From a virus: a stretch of 64,000 bases of DNA. A program made the translations under genes and the position numbers. A model generated the notes under the pieces. It did no database searches and was not told where the DNA came from. It saw nothing but the letters and a program-made list of their open reading frames with translations. Below are positions 39,041 through 49,273 of this stretch, piece by piece. Where the stretch lies: the IMG/VR virus record IMGVR_UViG_3300025137_000026, positions 12,945 through 76,944 of that record; one strand, given 5' to 3'. Each line of letters begins with the position of its first letter. The first letter of the stretch is position 1.

Positions 39041-39472
39041 TTACCAAGGTACATCGTCGCCAGCAGGATCCTCTACCTTATCGGCAGTCTGAGGCTTACG
39101 AGCTTTGGGTTCAGAACGCTGATCAGTTCCTTCGGAACTGATCTCACCTTTAGAGGTGCTGCCAGATTGAAAACCGAAAGTCATCGGAATGACAATGAAC
39201 TTAATCTTTTTCTGGGTTTTTCCGTTCTTGTCCTCGTAATGGCTATTGCGAACTTGTGCGTCGAGGAAAACAGCATCTCCTTTTTTTGCAAACTTGGAAA
39301 TGTATTCTCCTGCTCCGCGCCAAGCTTCAAAGTCAAAGAAGTGAGCAATTTTCTCACCACCTTTCCCTGGGAGATTAACTGCTAAGCTAAATGTCGTGAG
39401 AGTAGTCTCACCTATCGTTTTTGTTTCAGGATCAGCCGTGAGGCGTCCTAACCAATTTGAATCTGCTTTCAT
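39041..39472 (-). CDS. ssb: Single-stranded DNA-binding protein (probable start 39472)
   Basis: GRLTADPE, FSLAVN, KKGD, acidic tail DDVPW. Confidence 0.9.
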   Translation of the reverse strand: MKADSNWLGRLTADPETKTIGETTLTTFSLAVNLPGKGGEKIAHFFDFEAWRGAGEYISKFAKKGDAVFLDAQVRNSHYEDKNGKTQKKIKFIVIPMTFGFQSGSTSKGEISSEGTDQRSEPKARKPQTADKVEDPAGDDVPW

Positions 39473-40737
39473 GATAATACTGGGCGTGGTGTGAATTTTT
39501 GTATCTTTGGTTTGAAGCAAACTTCCACGTCACCACATCGTCCGTTTCGTTGCTTACTTATTGAAATTATTGTTTCGTCAGGATCATCGTTCTTTCTCCA
39601 TAGAAGGGCGCATAAGTCGGCATCTTGTTCCAATGCACCTGACTCCCTCATATCGGAAAGACGAGGCTTTCTGTTTAATTCATCTGCCCCTCGGTTTAGC
39701 TGACTGAGAAGGATGACTGGAATATTTAATTCCATCGCCAAATTCTTCATGGACCCTGCGATTTCTGCTACTTGTTGCTCCCTTGGAATCCGTGGGTCTA
39801 AAGCAGACATCTTTTGGGCATAATCGACAACGATCATATCTAAGCCTTTTCGCGCAAATTTCCTAGATTTAGCTCTGACTTGGGCTGAATTAATCATTCC
39901 TCGATCATCAATCCAAAAATCTTTACCGCGCATCCAGTGCATTGCTTGCCTGTATGCATCAACATCCTTTTGGACGGCTGTTTTATCTACTATATAGCCA
40001 AGTGGAACTTCGGAGAGATTTGAAACTAGTCTTTGCATCACTGCTTCGGCTTTCATTTCTAGGCTGAAAAAGAGGACTTTATTCCCAGTCTTCAATGCAT
40101 TTAATGCTAACTCACATCCGAAAGCTGTTTTTCCTACTGAGGTTCTAGCTGCTAGAACGATAAGGTCTGCTGGTTGCCATCCATTGGTCATCTGGTCGAT
40201 TCGATGTAACCCTGAAGGTATTCCATTCATTCCACCGCACTCCATCCTTTTTTGAATGTCTGCCCACATAGAGTCTATTACCTCATCGGCTTTACGGACT
40301 GCATCGGAATTTTCTACTGCAATGGATGTTAGCTCCTTATCAGCCTTCTCCATGATTCTCTTTGCTGACTCGTTTTCTCGCAAGGCGTCCTCGATGCCTA
40401 ATCCAACGAGCCGGAGCTTTCTTTTGTAAAAATCTTCCCTAATTTTCTCGAAGAAAGAATTATAAGGAGCAGAAGTTTCGCAGGCCTCAGCAATATATTT
40501 TGATCTGTCTCTGTCCTCCTGATCATCAAACGACAGCATTATATCAATGTCCATCATGTCTGACGGCTCTTCCACAGCTAAAATAGCTTCCCAAAATTTC
40601 TGATGGAAAGGTTCAGTAAACCAATCTTTGTTAACCCCAGCGTCCAGGGCATCCGAAAAATTATTTACATTTTTGCAGACGCAGGATAAAAATCCGCGCT
40701 CTGAGGTTACATCACTATTGGTTGTCAGCAAATTCAT
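39469..40737 (-). CDS. dnaB: DnaB-like replicative helicase
   Basis: AARTSVGKT, FSLEM, VVDY, LSQLNR, DMRESGALEQDAD, KQRNG. Confidence 0.95.
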   Translation of the reverse strand: MNLLTTNSDVTSERGFLSCVCKNVNNFSDALDAGVNKDWFTEPFHQKFWEAILAVEEPSDMMDIDIMLSFDDQEDRDRSKYIAEACETSAPYNSFFEKIREDFYKRKLRLVGLGIEDALRENESAKRIMEKADKELTSIAVENSDAVRKADEVIDSMWADIQKRMECGGMNGIPSGLHRIDQMTNGWQPADLIVLAARTSVGKTAFGCELALNALKTGNKVLFFSLEMKAEAVMQRLVSNLSEVPLGYIVDKTAVQKDVDAYRQAMHWMRGKDFWIDDRGMINSAQVRAKSRKFARKGLDMIVVDYAQKMSALDPRIPREQQVAEIAGSMKNLAMELNIPVILLSQLNRGADELNRKPRLSDMRESGALEQDADLCALLWRKNDDPDETIISISKQRNGRCGDVEVCFKPKIQKFTPRPVLS

Positions 40738-41275
40738 CTATGTAAAGTTGGTCTATGTCACTAATTGACTTGGCGCTTCTGTATTTATCGAAAACAGGTG
40801 GACGCTTATCCTCTGCCCATTCTAGAAATTCATTAAGTGAGACGGTTTCCTTTTTCGTGGAAGGAACAGGACGCCACTCGGGGTTATTTCTAAGCCAAAT
40901 AGTTAGGCATGAACCCCAGTGCTTCACAGGGGATTTTCCTACCACCCACCCTTTACTCATGTAATGGTCATAAAATAACTCAGCTTTTGGCTCTAAAGGC
41001 TCAGCCACCTGACGCTGTTTGAAGTATTCCACTACCTCTTTCTTATCCTTTGGCTTATTCCCTTCACCTAGGCTGTCCACATTCTTAGAGCGTCTTTTGC
41101 GAGTGGTTGCAGGTTTTGATTTAGGCTGAATGTTTGGCATGTACTGGGCAAAGGCGGCTAATAATACTTGTGTCCTTTCCATGCCAAACATCTCAGCCAT
41201 CATGTCCAACCGAACATCAACCGTATCCGTAATTCTAACTTCCATCCGCTTCATCAATTTCCTCCAAATGAACAT
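40715..41275 (-). CDS. Putative replication initiator / helicase-loader-like protein
   Basis: FYDHY..KGWVVGKSPVKHW domain; immediately upstream of dnaB; RHH-like N-terminus. Confidence 0.55.
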   Translation of the reverse strand: MFIWRKLMKRMEVRITDTVDVRLDMMAEMFGMERTQVLLAAFAQYMPNIQPKSKPATTRKRRSKNVDSLGEGNKPKDKKEVVEYFKQRQVAEPLEPKAELFYDHYMSKGWVVGKSPVKHWGSCLTIWLRNNPEWRPVPSTKKETVSLNEFLEWAEDKRPPVFDKYRSAKSISDIDQLYIDEFADNQ

Positions 41276-41669
41276 AAATACCTGCTGACTCTGCTCGCCT
41301 TTTAGTAAACCTTAATACCACAACTTGAGCGTCATCATTCCAAAAGAGGAGCTTCCCCATAGCGTCTAGAAACATTTTGCACAAATTATCTGCATCAGGT
41401 TTCTTCGAATGGTATGCCCATCCCCTTATCTTTATTTCCTTTTTTTCATTAGAGAGAAAAGGGAAGCTGTAATGTATCGTAAGCCTAAGAGGCCCCTCGC
41501 AAGGTTTCTCAGGGACAAACGGCATAAGCAGTGACAAAAAGTCGGCTTCTTGCTGTTTTCCTTTGGCTGTAGTGAATGAAAATGGCTTTCCATCTTTTTT
41601 AACTCCTACTCTTTTTGCCGACTGAGCAGTACTCCGCGGCGGGTTACATTTTACGAAAAAGGCTTTCAT
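41235..41669 (-). CDS. rusA: RusA-family Holliday junction resolvase
   Basis: KKPDADNLCK..LDAM....WNDDAQV. Confidence 0.88.
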   Translation of the reverse strand: MKAFFVKCNPPRSTAQSAKRVGVKKDGKPFSFTTAKGKQQEADFLSLLMPFVPEKPCEGPLRLTIHYSFPFLSNEKKEIKIRGWAYHSKKPDADNLCKMFLDAMGKLLFWNDDAQVVVLRFTKRRAESAGIYVHLEEIDEADGS

Positions 41670-42748
41670 TCTGCTGAAACGGACTTAGCCTTATCCTTTT
41701 GAAACATTACTTGCTCTAGCTTCTGACGAAGGTCTTTTCGGGCATCACCTTTTTTCTGACCAGTGTATTCTGACCAAATGGTAACTAAGTCCGGCTCCGA
41801 TATTTTCGTAGCTTTAATAAAGTCCTCGATAGGAAGATTTGCGCTGAAAAGAATTTTTGATGCCCCCACTGCATCAAACGACGTAGTTTTTCCAGTATTA
41901 CGCAACCTGTACCCAGGAACATCAACACCAGCCTCAAGACGCCCCTTAAGGGCAGATTTAACACTCTTGCCAAAACGCTCAATAAGCCCGACAAGCCCCA
42001 TCTTTTCAGACAATTCTTCATTTGAAATATTTTCCATATCAATCTCTTTGGTTTCATTTTTTAAGTATTCGTAGGCAGTTTGGCAGTGTGCCAATGCCTT
42101 GCAGTATTTACATTGTTTCGGGCCGGCAGTAGCTTTGGCATCTTCATCCTCAACTTTTTCTGCTAGCTCCTGAATTAACTTTTTAAGCATTAAGCCTAAG
42201 TCTCGGTGCATAACACCTGTGGTCATCTTGCCCAAAGCAGGTTGTAGTAATGCTAATTGAATTACTTGCACCTCGGGGTAATTCTCGAAGATTAGAGTAG
42301 CATATACTTGTAGCTGTTTGTTTTTGTGAGCTGGTTCATAAGCACCATACAGCATTTTGTAGTCAATGATGGAGGCATTCTCTCCGTCAATTTCTAACCG
42401 ATCAATCTGACCAGAGAGAATGCCATCCTCACCTTTCTCGTCATATAACCATAAACGAGGCTCTCTACTAACTACACCACACAACCCAAATTTCTTGGTT
42501 ACACTTTCTTCCATTCTACGGCACTCTCTAATGATGAACTGATCGCTAGGATCAGGGATTTCATCAATGTCAGTTCCGTTTTCCATATGCTCATGAAGCA
42601 TTGTCCCCGTCGTAGCATCAGATGTGTCATAGTCTTTAAATTTCTTACTAGCATTAAAGCGAGCTAGGCAAAGCATGTTCTCAAAAACAGAACTTCCCGA
42701 CATCTTGGGAGTTCCCTTCCATGCTCTCTCGTCCTTAGTTATTGCCAT
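41666..42748 (-). CDS. PD-(D/E)XK exonuclease (DUF2800/Cas4-like)
   Basis: GTMLHE, GQIDR, IIDYK, QLQVYA, CKYCKALAHC. Confidence 0.8.
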   Translation of the reverse strand: MAITKDERAWKGTPKMSGSSVFENMLCLARFNASKKFKDYDTSDATTGTMLHEHMENGTDIDEIPDPSDQFIIRECRRMEESVTKKFGLCGVVSREPRLWLYDEKGEDGILSGQIDRLEIDGENASIIDYKMLYGAYEPAHKNKQLQVYATLIFENYPEVQVIQLALLQPALGKMTTGVMHRDLGLMLKKLIQELAEKVEDEDAKATAGPKQCKYCKALAHCQTAYEYLKNETKEIDMENISNEELSEKMGLVGLIERFGKSVKSALKGRLEAGVDVPGYRLRNTGKTTSFDAVGASKILFSANLPIEDFIKATKISEPDLVTIWSEYTGQKKGDARKDLRQKLEQVMFQKDKAKSVSAE

Positions 42749-43212
42749 CCTGTAAGCTCTGCTTTCTTTTCGGAAGTAAGATTCTTAGGTAATGCCCACG
42801 AGGGAAGGGTAGGAGGGTTCTCGATTTGGCGATACTTATTCATTTCTACCCACTTCACAGGTAAATAATAAAGGTATCTTCCGATTCCCCATCGTACAGC
42901 TGCTCTTTTCAATGCATCACTTATTCCGCCCTTTGCACCTTCAATTGCAGAATCTCCTGCACCATCTGCTTTCCCTATCCATTCACCATCGATGCGAATA
43001 TATAAAGTGCAAATTAATCTTCCTGAAGAAAATTCCTCGTATGAATCTTTCCAATTCTCAGGGCCAACTGCTTCATCGAGACGTTTCATAACATCTCTGG
43101 CATCAACGTAAGCTAATGCTATGCATTTTGTTTTATCCTTGTTGGTCGATCCTGGACGCCAATGAATGACGTTGGCCGCAAAAGGTTCTTTAAATTGCTT
43201 TTCTAAACACAT
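42739..43212 (-). CDS. Rad52/Rad22-like single-strand annealing protein (Sak-type)
   Basis: AYVDARDVMKRLD...KGGISDALKRAAVRWGIGRYLY. Confidence 0.85.
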   Translation of the reverse strand: MCLEKQFKEPFAANVIHWRPGSTNKDKTKCIALAYVDARDVMKRLDEAVGPENWKDSYEEFSSGRLICTLYIRIDGEWIGKADGAGDSAIEGAKGGISDALKRAAVRWGIGRYLYYLPVKWVEMNKYRQIENPPTLPSWALPKNLTSEKKAELTGWQ

Positions 43213-43424
43213 TAGCTGATTTCCTCCATAATGGTTAATGCCTCAACTTCAGATTTGAGGACGCGTTTATTTCGGCTGTATGGAGTGCGAAAACTTTTCA
43301 ACTTTTTCTTACGAATCAATTCATTAATTGATCGGAAGGAGTCGAATTTTAAGACCATAGCAGCTTCGCTAAGGCTTAATGTTTCGTCCAATCTTATTTT
43401 TTTATCACCACTTTTTTCACTCAT
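43212..43424 (-). CDS. Excisionase-like HTH protein (probable start MSEKS at 43424)
   Basis: LSLSEAAMVL....SINELIRKKKLKS...RVLKSEV winged-HTH pattern. Confidence 0.65.
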   Translation of the reverse strand: MSEKSGDKKIRLDETLSLSEAAMVLKFDSFRSINELIRKKKLKSFRTPYSRNKRVLKSEVEALTIMEEIS

Positions 43425-43614
43425 GCTCAAGGTTTTAGCGGATATTGATTTACAAGAAAAGAAAAAAAATAGCAAAATGCAAAATAAAATAGCAAACTCT
43501 ATAATTGAGTGTAATAAAATGATAAAAAGTATTGACATGTTACTTATTTTTACATTTTTATGTGTGAGCTTCTGCCTAAGTATTGCATCAAAAAAACAAA
43601 CAAACTATGTAAGA
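43425..43614. promoter_or_regulatory. AT-rich divergent promoter region (candidate genetic switch)
   Basis: Between divergent small DNA-binding genes; TTGACA at 43533. Confidence 0.5.
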
Positions 43615-43838
43615 TGAAAAAAGAATTAGAAAAATCAATCGGAGTTAGAGTTAGCCCTGAACTCTACTCTAGAATATCAGAACTTTGCGAGAAGTTGGAG
43701 GGCATACCAATTAATAATTTCGCGCAAAATTCCATGGAGGTGGCAATTCAATTACTCACACAACAAGAACCAACGATGCCAAAGTGGATTGCGGTAGGAC
43801 GCTACGCTTTGGATTTTAAAAAAGGACAAAAACTATAA
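43615..43838 (+). CDS. Ribbon-helix-helix-like regulator (probable start MKKEL)
   Basis: KSIGVRVSPELYSRISELCEK. Confidence 0.55.
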
Positions 43839-44153
43839 ATGAAAGAAATTGAAGTAAAACTACGAGGTGAAACTCGTTATGTTGAATTTGATAAGCCCGT
43901 GCTTAGTTTTGATATCCCGACTACGGGGTTTTATCGATCAAGGAATTTTTGGCTTGGAGTTCTTATTGGAATTTTCATTACAGCTATTTTGATTTTCAAG
44001 TTTTTCCCAAATGAGAAAGGAGGAACTTCAGATGTTTACGAGAATCGGATTAATCAACTTGAACAAACTAGAAAAATTTATGCCACTAAGCTCAAACAAG
44101 AAGGCTGGCATTGGTACAATGGTAAGTGGATAAAAAAACATCCCTCTCCTTAA
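43839..44153 (+). CDS. Small single-TM membrane protein
   Basis: FWLGVLIGIFITAILIF. Confidence 0.55.
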   Translation: MKEIEVKLRGETRYVEFDKPVLSFDIPTTGFYRSRNFWLGVLIGIFITAILIFKFFPNEKGGTSDVYENRINQLEQTRKIYATKLKQEGWHWYNGKWIKKHPSP

Positions 44154-44640
44154 CAATCCTCTCCCTTGTATATATGCTATTCCTTTAATATATATACTTT
44201 ACTTTATGCTATGCAGGAGAACCTCCTTAATCCCCCCCTATAGTCCCCCCCTTAATGGTTCCAGAATCGGCTGAAATCGTGATCAATAAAGGGTTCTTAA
44301 ATCTTCCAAAAACCTAATTTCCGGTAATGTTACGTAGTGACTACGTAGTGACTACGTAACATTACCGTAGTCTGACCGGATTATGAGTTAGGTAAATGTA
44401 CAAAAACAACGGCTAAAGCAGGCCCCCTTTAGCGAACTTAGGAACTTAGCTCTGGAGTTGGGGTGCAAGTAGCTGATATGAAGTACTTTACGGAAACTGA
44501 GCAAAATTGACATTTGGCAGAGAGCTTGACTTCTATGCTTCTATGCTTCTGTGCTTCTGTGTTGTTTTTTATAACTTGTGATATAGGTATAGCATATAGT
44601 TATAGTCATAGATACAGAATCAGACTCAGATTCATACAAA
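44140..44640. repeat. Non-coding repeat/palindrome block, candidate replication origin
   Basis: C-tracts 44232-44252, palindrome 44322-44367, TTCT(A/G)TGC x4 at 44531-44561, 6-mer-periodic run 44580-44637. Confidence 0.5.
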
Positions 44641-44644
44641 TATC

Positions 44645-45649
44645 TTAAGGGCATATTTTAAAAAAGTCGTTCGCTTCTTCCGGCCCAACTCCTGTATTCA
44701 AATAATGTTTGTTGAATACCTTTTCATTGCTGTGTCCCATACACCGCATAGCCCAGCTTTTACCACCATAAAAATATCCGTAAGTTCCAAATGAATGCCT
44801 AGCTCCGTCATGAGGGTAAATTATCCCTGAGGCAACTATTGCTTTCTTTCTATTCTTCGCAAAGACACGATACCGATTAAGCGGGCCAATTTTGCCCAAA
44901 CAATGTTTTTTATACTTCCCGATCCAATCCCATAGATTCGGTGGAAGGTCAGTTAGTTTCCGATTCTTTCGTGTTTTGGAAGACTTACCCTCAATGATAA
45001 TTAAGTTTTTCTCAGGGTAAAATAATTCCCATTTTAATCGATCCAATTCATAAGGTCTTATTCCTGCAAAAAAGGAAAGTGCAGTTGCTACTTTATAGCG
45101 ATCCATTGTGTTAGATAAAAGCTCTGCTGTTTCCTCAGGAGTTAGGATTCCGATTAATTCTTCGTCCTCAAACTTAGACTCCCATTTTACTTTGTAGAAA
45201 TGAGTTTGAGTTAAATCCGATTCATGGCACCAGTTAAGAAAACCACCGACCTCTGACCGAGTAGTTTTTCGAGTAGTTTCTGTATTTCCTAAAAGAATAT
45301 ATTCCTTAAAAATCTGCCGTGTGACCTTAGATAATCGAGCGTCCTTCATCCACCTGACAAAATGATTACATTTAGTTCTTCTGGAGGTTATTGTAATGGG
45401 TCTAGCACCTAGGTCAGATAAGTTATCTAAGTGGTTTTTTAAAGCCGTAGATAGCAATATAGCGCTAGGCTCAGACTCTTCATGGTAACCCTCTATGAAA
45501 GGTTTTTCTAGTTCACGTTTATATTCGTAAGCTATTTCCCTGGACGAAAGATATTTTCTTTTTCTTTTTTTTCCAATTTTTAGTTCAACACACCAAGCAC
45601 TTTCACCTAAATCTTTTTTCCTCTGATCAATGTAGACTCTTATTTTCAT
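44645..45649 (-). CDS. int: Phage integrase (tyrosine recombinase); probable start MKIRV at 45649
   Basis: FAGIRPYE, SKT, HDGARHSF, MGHS, KHY; adjacent to tRNA-derived att core. Confidence 0.9.
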   Translation of the reverse strand: MKIRVYIDQRKKDLGESAWCVELKIGKKRKRKYLSSREIAYEYKRELEKPFIEGYHEESEPSAILLSTALKNHLDNLSDLGARPITITSRRTKCNHFVRWMKDARLSKVTRQIFKEYILLGNTETTRKTTRSEVGGFLNWCHESDLTQTHFYKVKWESKFEDEELIGILTPEETAELLSNTMDRYKVATALSFFAGIRPYELDRLKWELFYPEKNLIIIEGKSSKTRKNRKLTDLPPNLWDWIGKYKKHCLGKIGPLNRYRVFAKNRKKAIVASGIIYPHDGARHSFGTYGYFYGGKSWAMRCMGHSNEKVFNKHYLNTGVGPEEANDFFKICP

Positions 45650-45756
45650 GCTTTTCCCGTGACAAAACCCGTGACAAATTTTACGGAAAACAGCTTCCCG
45701 TGACAAAATCGTGACAGATTTTTCGCATAACCATATTACACTAGTCAACATAAAAA

Positions 45757-45795
45757 AACACCCCAAGCCCTTTGTTTATAGGGGCTTGAGGTGTT
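45757..45795 (-). terminator. Terminator downstream of the tRNA 3' fragment
   Basis: Minus strand AACACCTCAAGCCC...GGGCTTGGGGTGTT followed by a T run. Confidence 0.7.
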
Positions 45796-45801
45796 AAAAA
45801 G

Positions 45802-45848
<47 letters not shown>

Positions 45849-46139
45849 GTAGTGCTATGCCTTATAAATAAAGGCTTTTAGCCTATTCGTGACAATTCGT
45901 GACATAGACCTTGCATTATCAAATGCACGAGTTTATTATCAAAAATGTGAAGGATGAAGAAATATTGGACAGGCTTGAGCCGATTATAAAAGAATACTTT
46001 TCTAATTTTTTATTAGTGGGTTTCCACGCTGACACTGGGAAAGTGGGATGCATCGGTGAAATTGGAAAGGTTGGCTCACAGAGTCGAAGGAGGTTGAAGA
46101 GAGTTCATTCAGAAATTCAAATGATGATAAATATAGAAA

Positions 46140-46532
46140 ATGAGAAAAATCCGTAAAGGCTGGGCAGTATTCGATGAGTTCCCTCCTATTTTTGTAAGGC
46201 TACTTGCTAGGGAAAGAATTTTAAATAGTAACGGAAAAACGAGTGTTGTTAGAGTTTTATCTGACGAAGAAATTGCAATCAACTCAGAGCTAGACATTGA
46301 CCGAGTTAAGAGTCTTAGCTCGAGGCACAACTGGAATGATGTGGAAGTAGGTGAAGCTAAGAGTTTCTGTCTAGGGTGCAATTTTGATTTATTTGACTGG
46401 CAGGTACGAAACTCAGCCTACGCTTTAGCTTCTAATGGCAGCTTTGCTTATCTTCGATCTAGTTCGGATTGGGGCAAAAAGTATAAGCCAATGTTAATGT
46501 CTTTTTTCAATGCCCAGACGCAGAAAGTATAG
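46140..46532 (+). CDS. Hypothetical protein
   Basis: 130 aa upstream of terminase genes. Confidence 0.6.
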   Translation: MRKIRKGWAVFDEFPPIFVRLLARERILNSNGKTSVVRVLSDEEIAINSELDIDRVKSLSSRHNWNDVEVGEAKSFCLGCNFDLFDWQVRNSAYALASNGSFAYLRSSSDWGKKYKPMLMSFFNAQTQKV

Positions 46533-47181
46533 CACCGATGAGCTGGCTACCCTCATGCGTAAGCATGATGGAAACTACGGATCGGCATCTAAGGAATTAG
46601 GTATAGGTGAGCATAACCTTCGTGAGAAGGTGAGGCGTGACCCGAAGCTTAAAGCTTTATGGCAGGTTGCTGGAGAGCAAGGTCATGCTCCAACCGAAGT
46701 TGAGTTAATGGCTAGATCGGAACCGCCGGAAGCTCCAAGCCATAAGGATTTTATTGGAGCTTTAAAGAAAAACGGCAAAGAAGTCTTCATGAACGATATC
46801 GAAGGGATGCTTAAAAATCCTGACAATATTGAGAAGCTAAAAGTATTTGAGAACTTACAGGGAGGTATAGGACGCTTGATGTCCAATGCCCTAGAGGTAA
46901 CACAAAAGATTGCGATTCGTCAGAATATGGCTTTGTTCGAGGTAGCAGAGAAATTAAGGGACGATATCTCTGGCGGTGGATTAGATCCTGAGGAAGAATT
47001 ATTAAGGACTAAATTATTTCTTCAAACGGCTGAGCAACAAGGCAAGTTTTACGACAGGTTGCTACATGGGTTGGATTTAATGATTAAGATGTCCGAAAAA
47101 GACAAAAAGGAAGATAAGCGTAAGCCTGGGTTCAGACCACTCAAAGAAATGCAAGCAGATGCCAAGGCTGAAGAAGATTGA
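46510..47181 (+). CDS. Putative terminase small subunit (N-terminal HTH)
   Basis: GNYGSASKELGIGEHNLREKV HTH; overlaps terL start. Confidence 0.6.
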   Translation: MPRRRKYSTDELATLMRKHDGNYGSASKELGIGEHNLREKVRRDPKLKALWQVAGEQGHAPTEVELMARSEPPEAPSHKDFIGALKKNGKEVFMNDIEGMLKNPDNIEKLKVFENLQGGIGRLMSNALEVTQKIAIRQNMALFEVAEKLRDDISGGGLDPEEELLRTKLFLQTAEQQGKFYDRLLHGLDLMIKMSEKDKKEDKRKPGFRPLKEMQADAKAEED

Positions 47182-48697
47182 TCCTAAGGCTTTTCTTGGT
47201 GCTTTTGACGAAGAAGAAGAAGAGCAAGTAGAGCAGGAACCATGGAGTCCTTCACTATCTGGAAGCCAGCAGGAATTATTTGAGAGCAGAGCTAAGTATG
47301 TCCTTGCCTATGGAGAAAGAGCATCGGGTAAAACTTTTGTATTAGGTGGTCATAAATTGGTTCGTCATGCCTATGAGAATTTCAATGCTCTGTGTTTAAT
47401 AGTTGTTGGAGTTAAGTCACAAGCAACCCAAGGGGGAGTTTGGCATAAATTGCAGACAGAAATATTACCTGAGTGGAAAGAGGGTCTTGGGCTTGAGCAT
47501 ACGGACGAGAAAATGGATTTACAGAAAGCACCATATATTGATGTGCAGAACCGATATGGTGGTTGGTCTAGAATAAGTCTTATGTCTGCACCATTTGGGA
47601 ACATTTTGTCTGATCGAATAAAAGGTTTTGAGCCTAGCTATGTTTTCGTGGATGAGCTAACAAACCTAGAGTCTCCGGCTTATTTCAATGCCATCGTTCA
47701 GCAGTTGGGAAGGCGTCAAGGAATTGAGGGCTGTCAACAATACTGCGCTGCCTGCAATCCGAGTGGCCCGTCTCACTGGGTGTACAAAAGATTCTTTGAG
47801 TCACCATTAGATGAATACGGTAATTACAATAAAGCCTACCATGTAGTACATGTTAGGATTGCCGAGAATGTAGATAACTTACCCGAGGGTTACTATGACC
47901 GAGTTATGGAAGCGGTTTCTAATGACCCAATTGAAGCAAAACGAATGCTTGAGGGTGAGTGGGTAGATAGACCATCGGGCGATGCTATATTAGCTCCGTA
48001 CTTTTCAAAACCTTTACATGTCGTAGGTGATTCTCGAAAGGGAATAGTTCCCAACCCAAGTTTTCCTGTAATAATTGGATATGACCCTGGGGCAGTAAAC
48101 AATGCGATGATATTTATGCAGTGCCTGATTGGGAAAGAGAAATCGATTTGGACGGTATTTGATGAATTAGTTACTATAAATAAGAAGATTCCTTACACCA
48201 CAATAATCCCTCTTATATACAGGAAGATGGCATATTGGAATGAACGTGTCGGTCAAAAGCTAAAATTCGTACACATTTCAGATAACTCAGCTTTCAACCA
48301 GTACCGAGCAAAAACAGGATCCTACGATGTTCGAGACTTTGAGGAAATATCAAAGGAGAAGTGTGACCATTTTGACCTTGAGCCTATTCGTATGAAGGCA
48401 GCTCCAAAATTCCAAGGTTCAGTCGAGGGTAGGGTGAGGCTAATGATTGCCAAACTTGTGCAGGAGGAAATAATATTTTCAGCCCAATGCACTGAGTCTT
48501 TAAAAAGTATTCGTCACCTTTCTTCAGAAAAACAAAAAGATGGCAAGTATGACCCTACACTAGGCTTAAAACCAAGGCGTTCAGTCTATATTCATGCCTT
48601 CGATGCACTGACATATCCAATTATGTATTATGATGTTAAATCAGGAACACCATATGCTAATGTGAAAACCTCAAGTATAATAGAAATTAATGCTTGA
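47159..48697 (+). CDS. terL: Terminase large subunit
   Basis: YGERASGKT, VFVDEL, ACNP, IGYDPG, HAFDALTY. Confidence 0.92.
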   Translation: MPRLKKIDPKAFLGAFDEEEEEQVEQEPWSPSLSGSQQELFESRAKYVLAYGERASGKTFVLGGHKLVRHAYENFNALCLIVVGVKSQATQGGVWHKLQTEILPEWKEGLGLEHTDEKMDLQKAPYIDVQNRYGGWSRISLMSAPFGNILSDRIKGFEPSYVFVDELTNLESPAYFNAIVQQLGRRQGIEGCQQYCAACNPSGPSHWVYKRFFESPLDEYGNYNKAYHVVHVRIAENVDNLPEGYYDRVMEAVSNDPIEAKRMLEGEWVDRPSGDAILAPYFSKPLHVVGDSRKGIVPNPSFPVIIGYDPGAVNNAMIFMQCLIGKEKSIWTVFDELVTINKKIPYTTIIPLIYRKMAYWNERVGQKLKFVHISDNSAFNQYRAKTGSYDVRDFEEISKEKCDHFDLEPIRMKAAPKFQGSVEGRVRLMIAKLVQEEIIFSAQCTESLKSIRHLSSEKQKDGKYDPTLGLKPRRSVYIHAFDALTYPIMYYDVKSGTPYANVKTSSIIEINA

Positions 48698-48728
48698 GTA
48701 ACCTAACCTTTTGGGTTACAAAAGACAT

Positions 48729-49001
48729 ATGCAGGATTTACTTCAATTAGGACTAGGGGACGAAGAGGTTGCTGAACTTTTCGAGGGTGTTTCAGCAGGA
48801 TCAAAAATTAAATTAACGCTGGAAGTTACCGTTTCCGAAATCGATGATGAGAGAGTCAACTCTACTGTTGATTTAGTACACGATGAAGTTGAAGTACTAG
48901 ATGATGGTGAAGACCTCGAGGACGAGGATGATTACGAGGAAGAAGAAGATGATGAAGACGAGGTTGAGGAATACGAGGAAGACGAGGCTGAAGAAGAGTG
49001 A
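48729..49001 (+). CDS. Highly acidic small protein (probable start MQDLL)
   Basis: D/E-rich C-terminus; follows the 22-bp motif. Confidence 0.55.
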   Translation: MQDLLQLGLGDEEVAELFEGVSAGSKIKLTLEVTVSEIDDERVNSTVDLVHDEVEVLDDGEDLEDEDDYEEEEDDEDEVEEYEEDEAEEE

Positions 49002-49273
49002 TTACTCTCCAGCTTCACTCTTAATATCGACTCACTATAAGCACTGTAGGGTAAACGAGATATGGGACAGAAACAGGGTACAACGATTACTTGGGTATCT
49101 CCGTATGTCCGAAAAGGAATTGGTGGCGTTACTAAACACTACTATCAGCAGTTTCAAATCAAGTTATCTCCGAGGAAGCATCACTGGGCCATGTGCGCTT
49201 CTTCTGACCGTTCTAGAACAAAACTACATGGGGGACTTTGTAACAGACTCAGTACCCAATCTATTTAATTTTT

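Noticed and set aside
40689-41647. GGTTACA at about 40705 and 41642 as extra motif copies
   Set aside because: Inside coding sequence, GC-rich spacer, no left half-site at the 22-bp spacing
41666-42748. CRISPR-Cas locus from the Cas4-like nuclease
   Set aside because: No repeat-spacer array or other cas genes; it sits in a standard exonuclease-annealase recombination module
45650-45766. N-terminal 39-aa extension of the integrase in the ORF track
   Set aside because: It is the translation of the CGTGACA arm repeats; the downstream ATG at 45649 is more plausible
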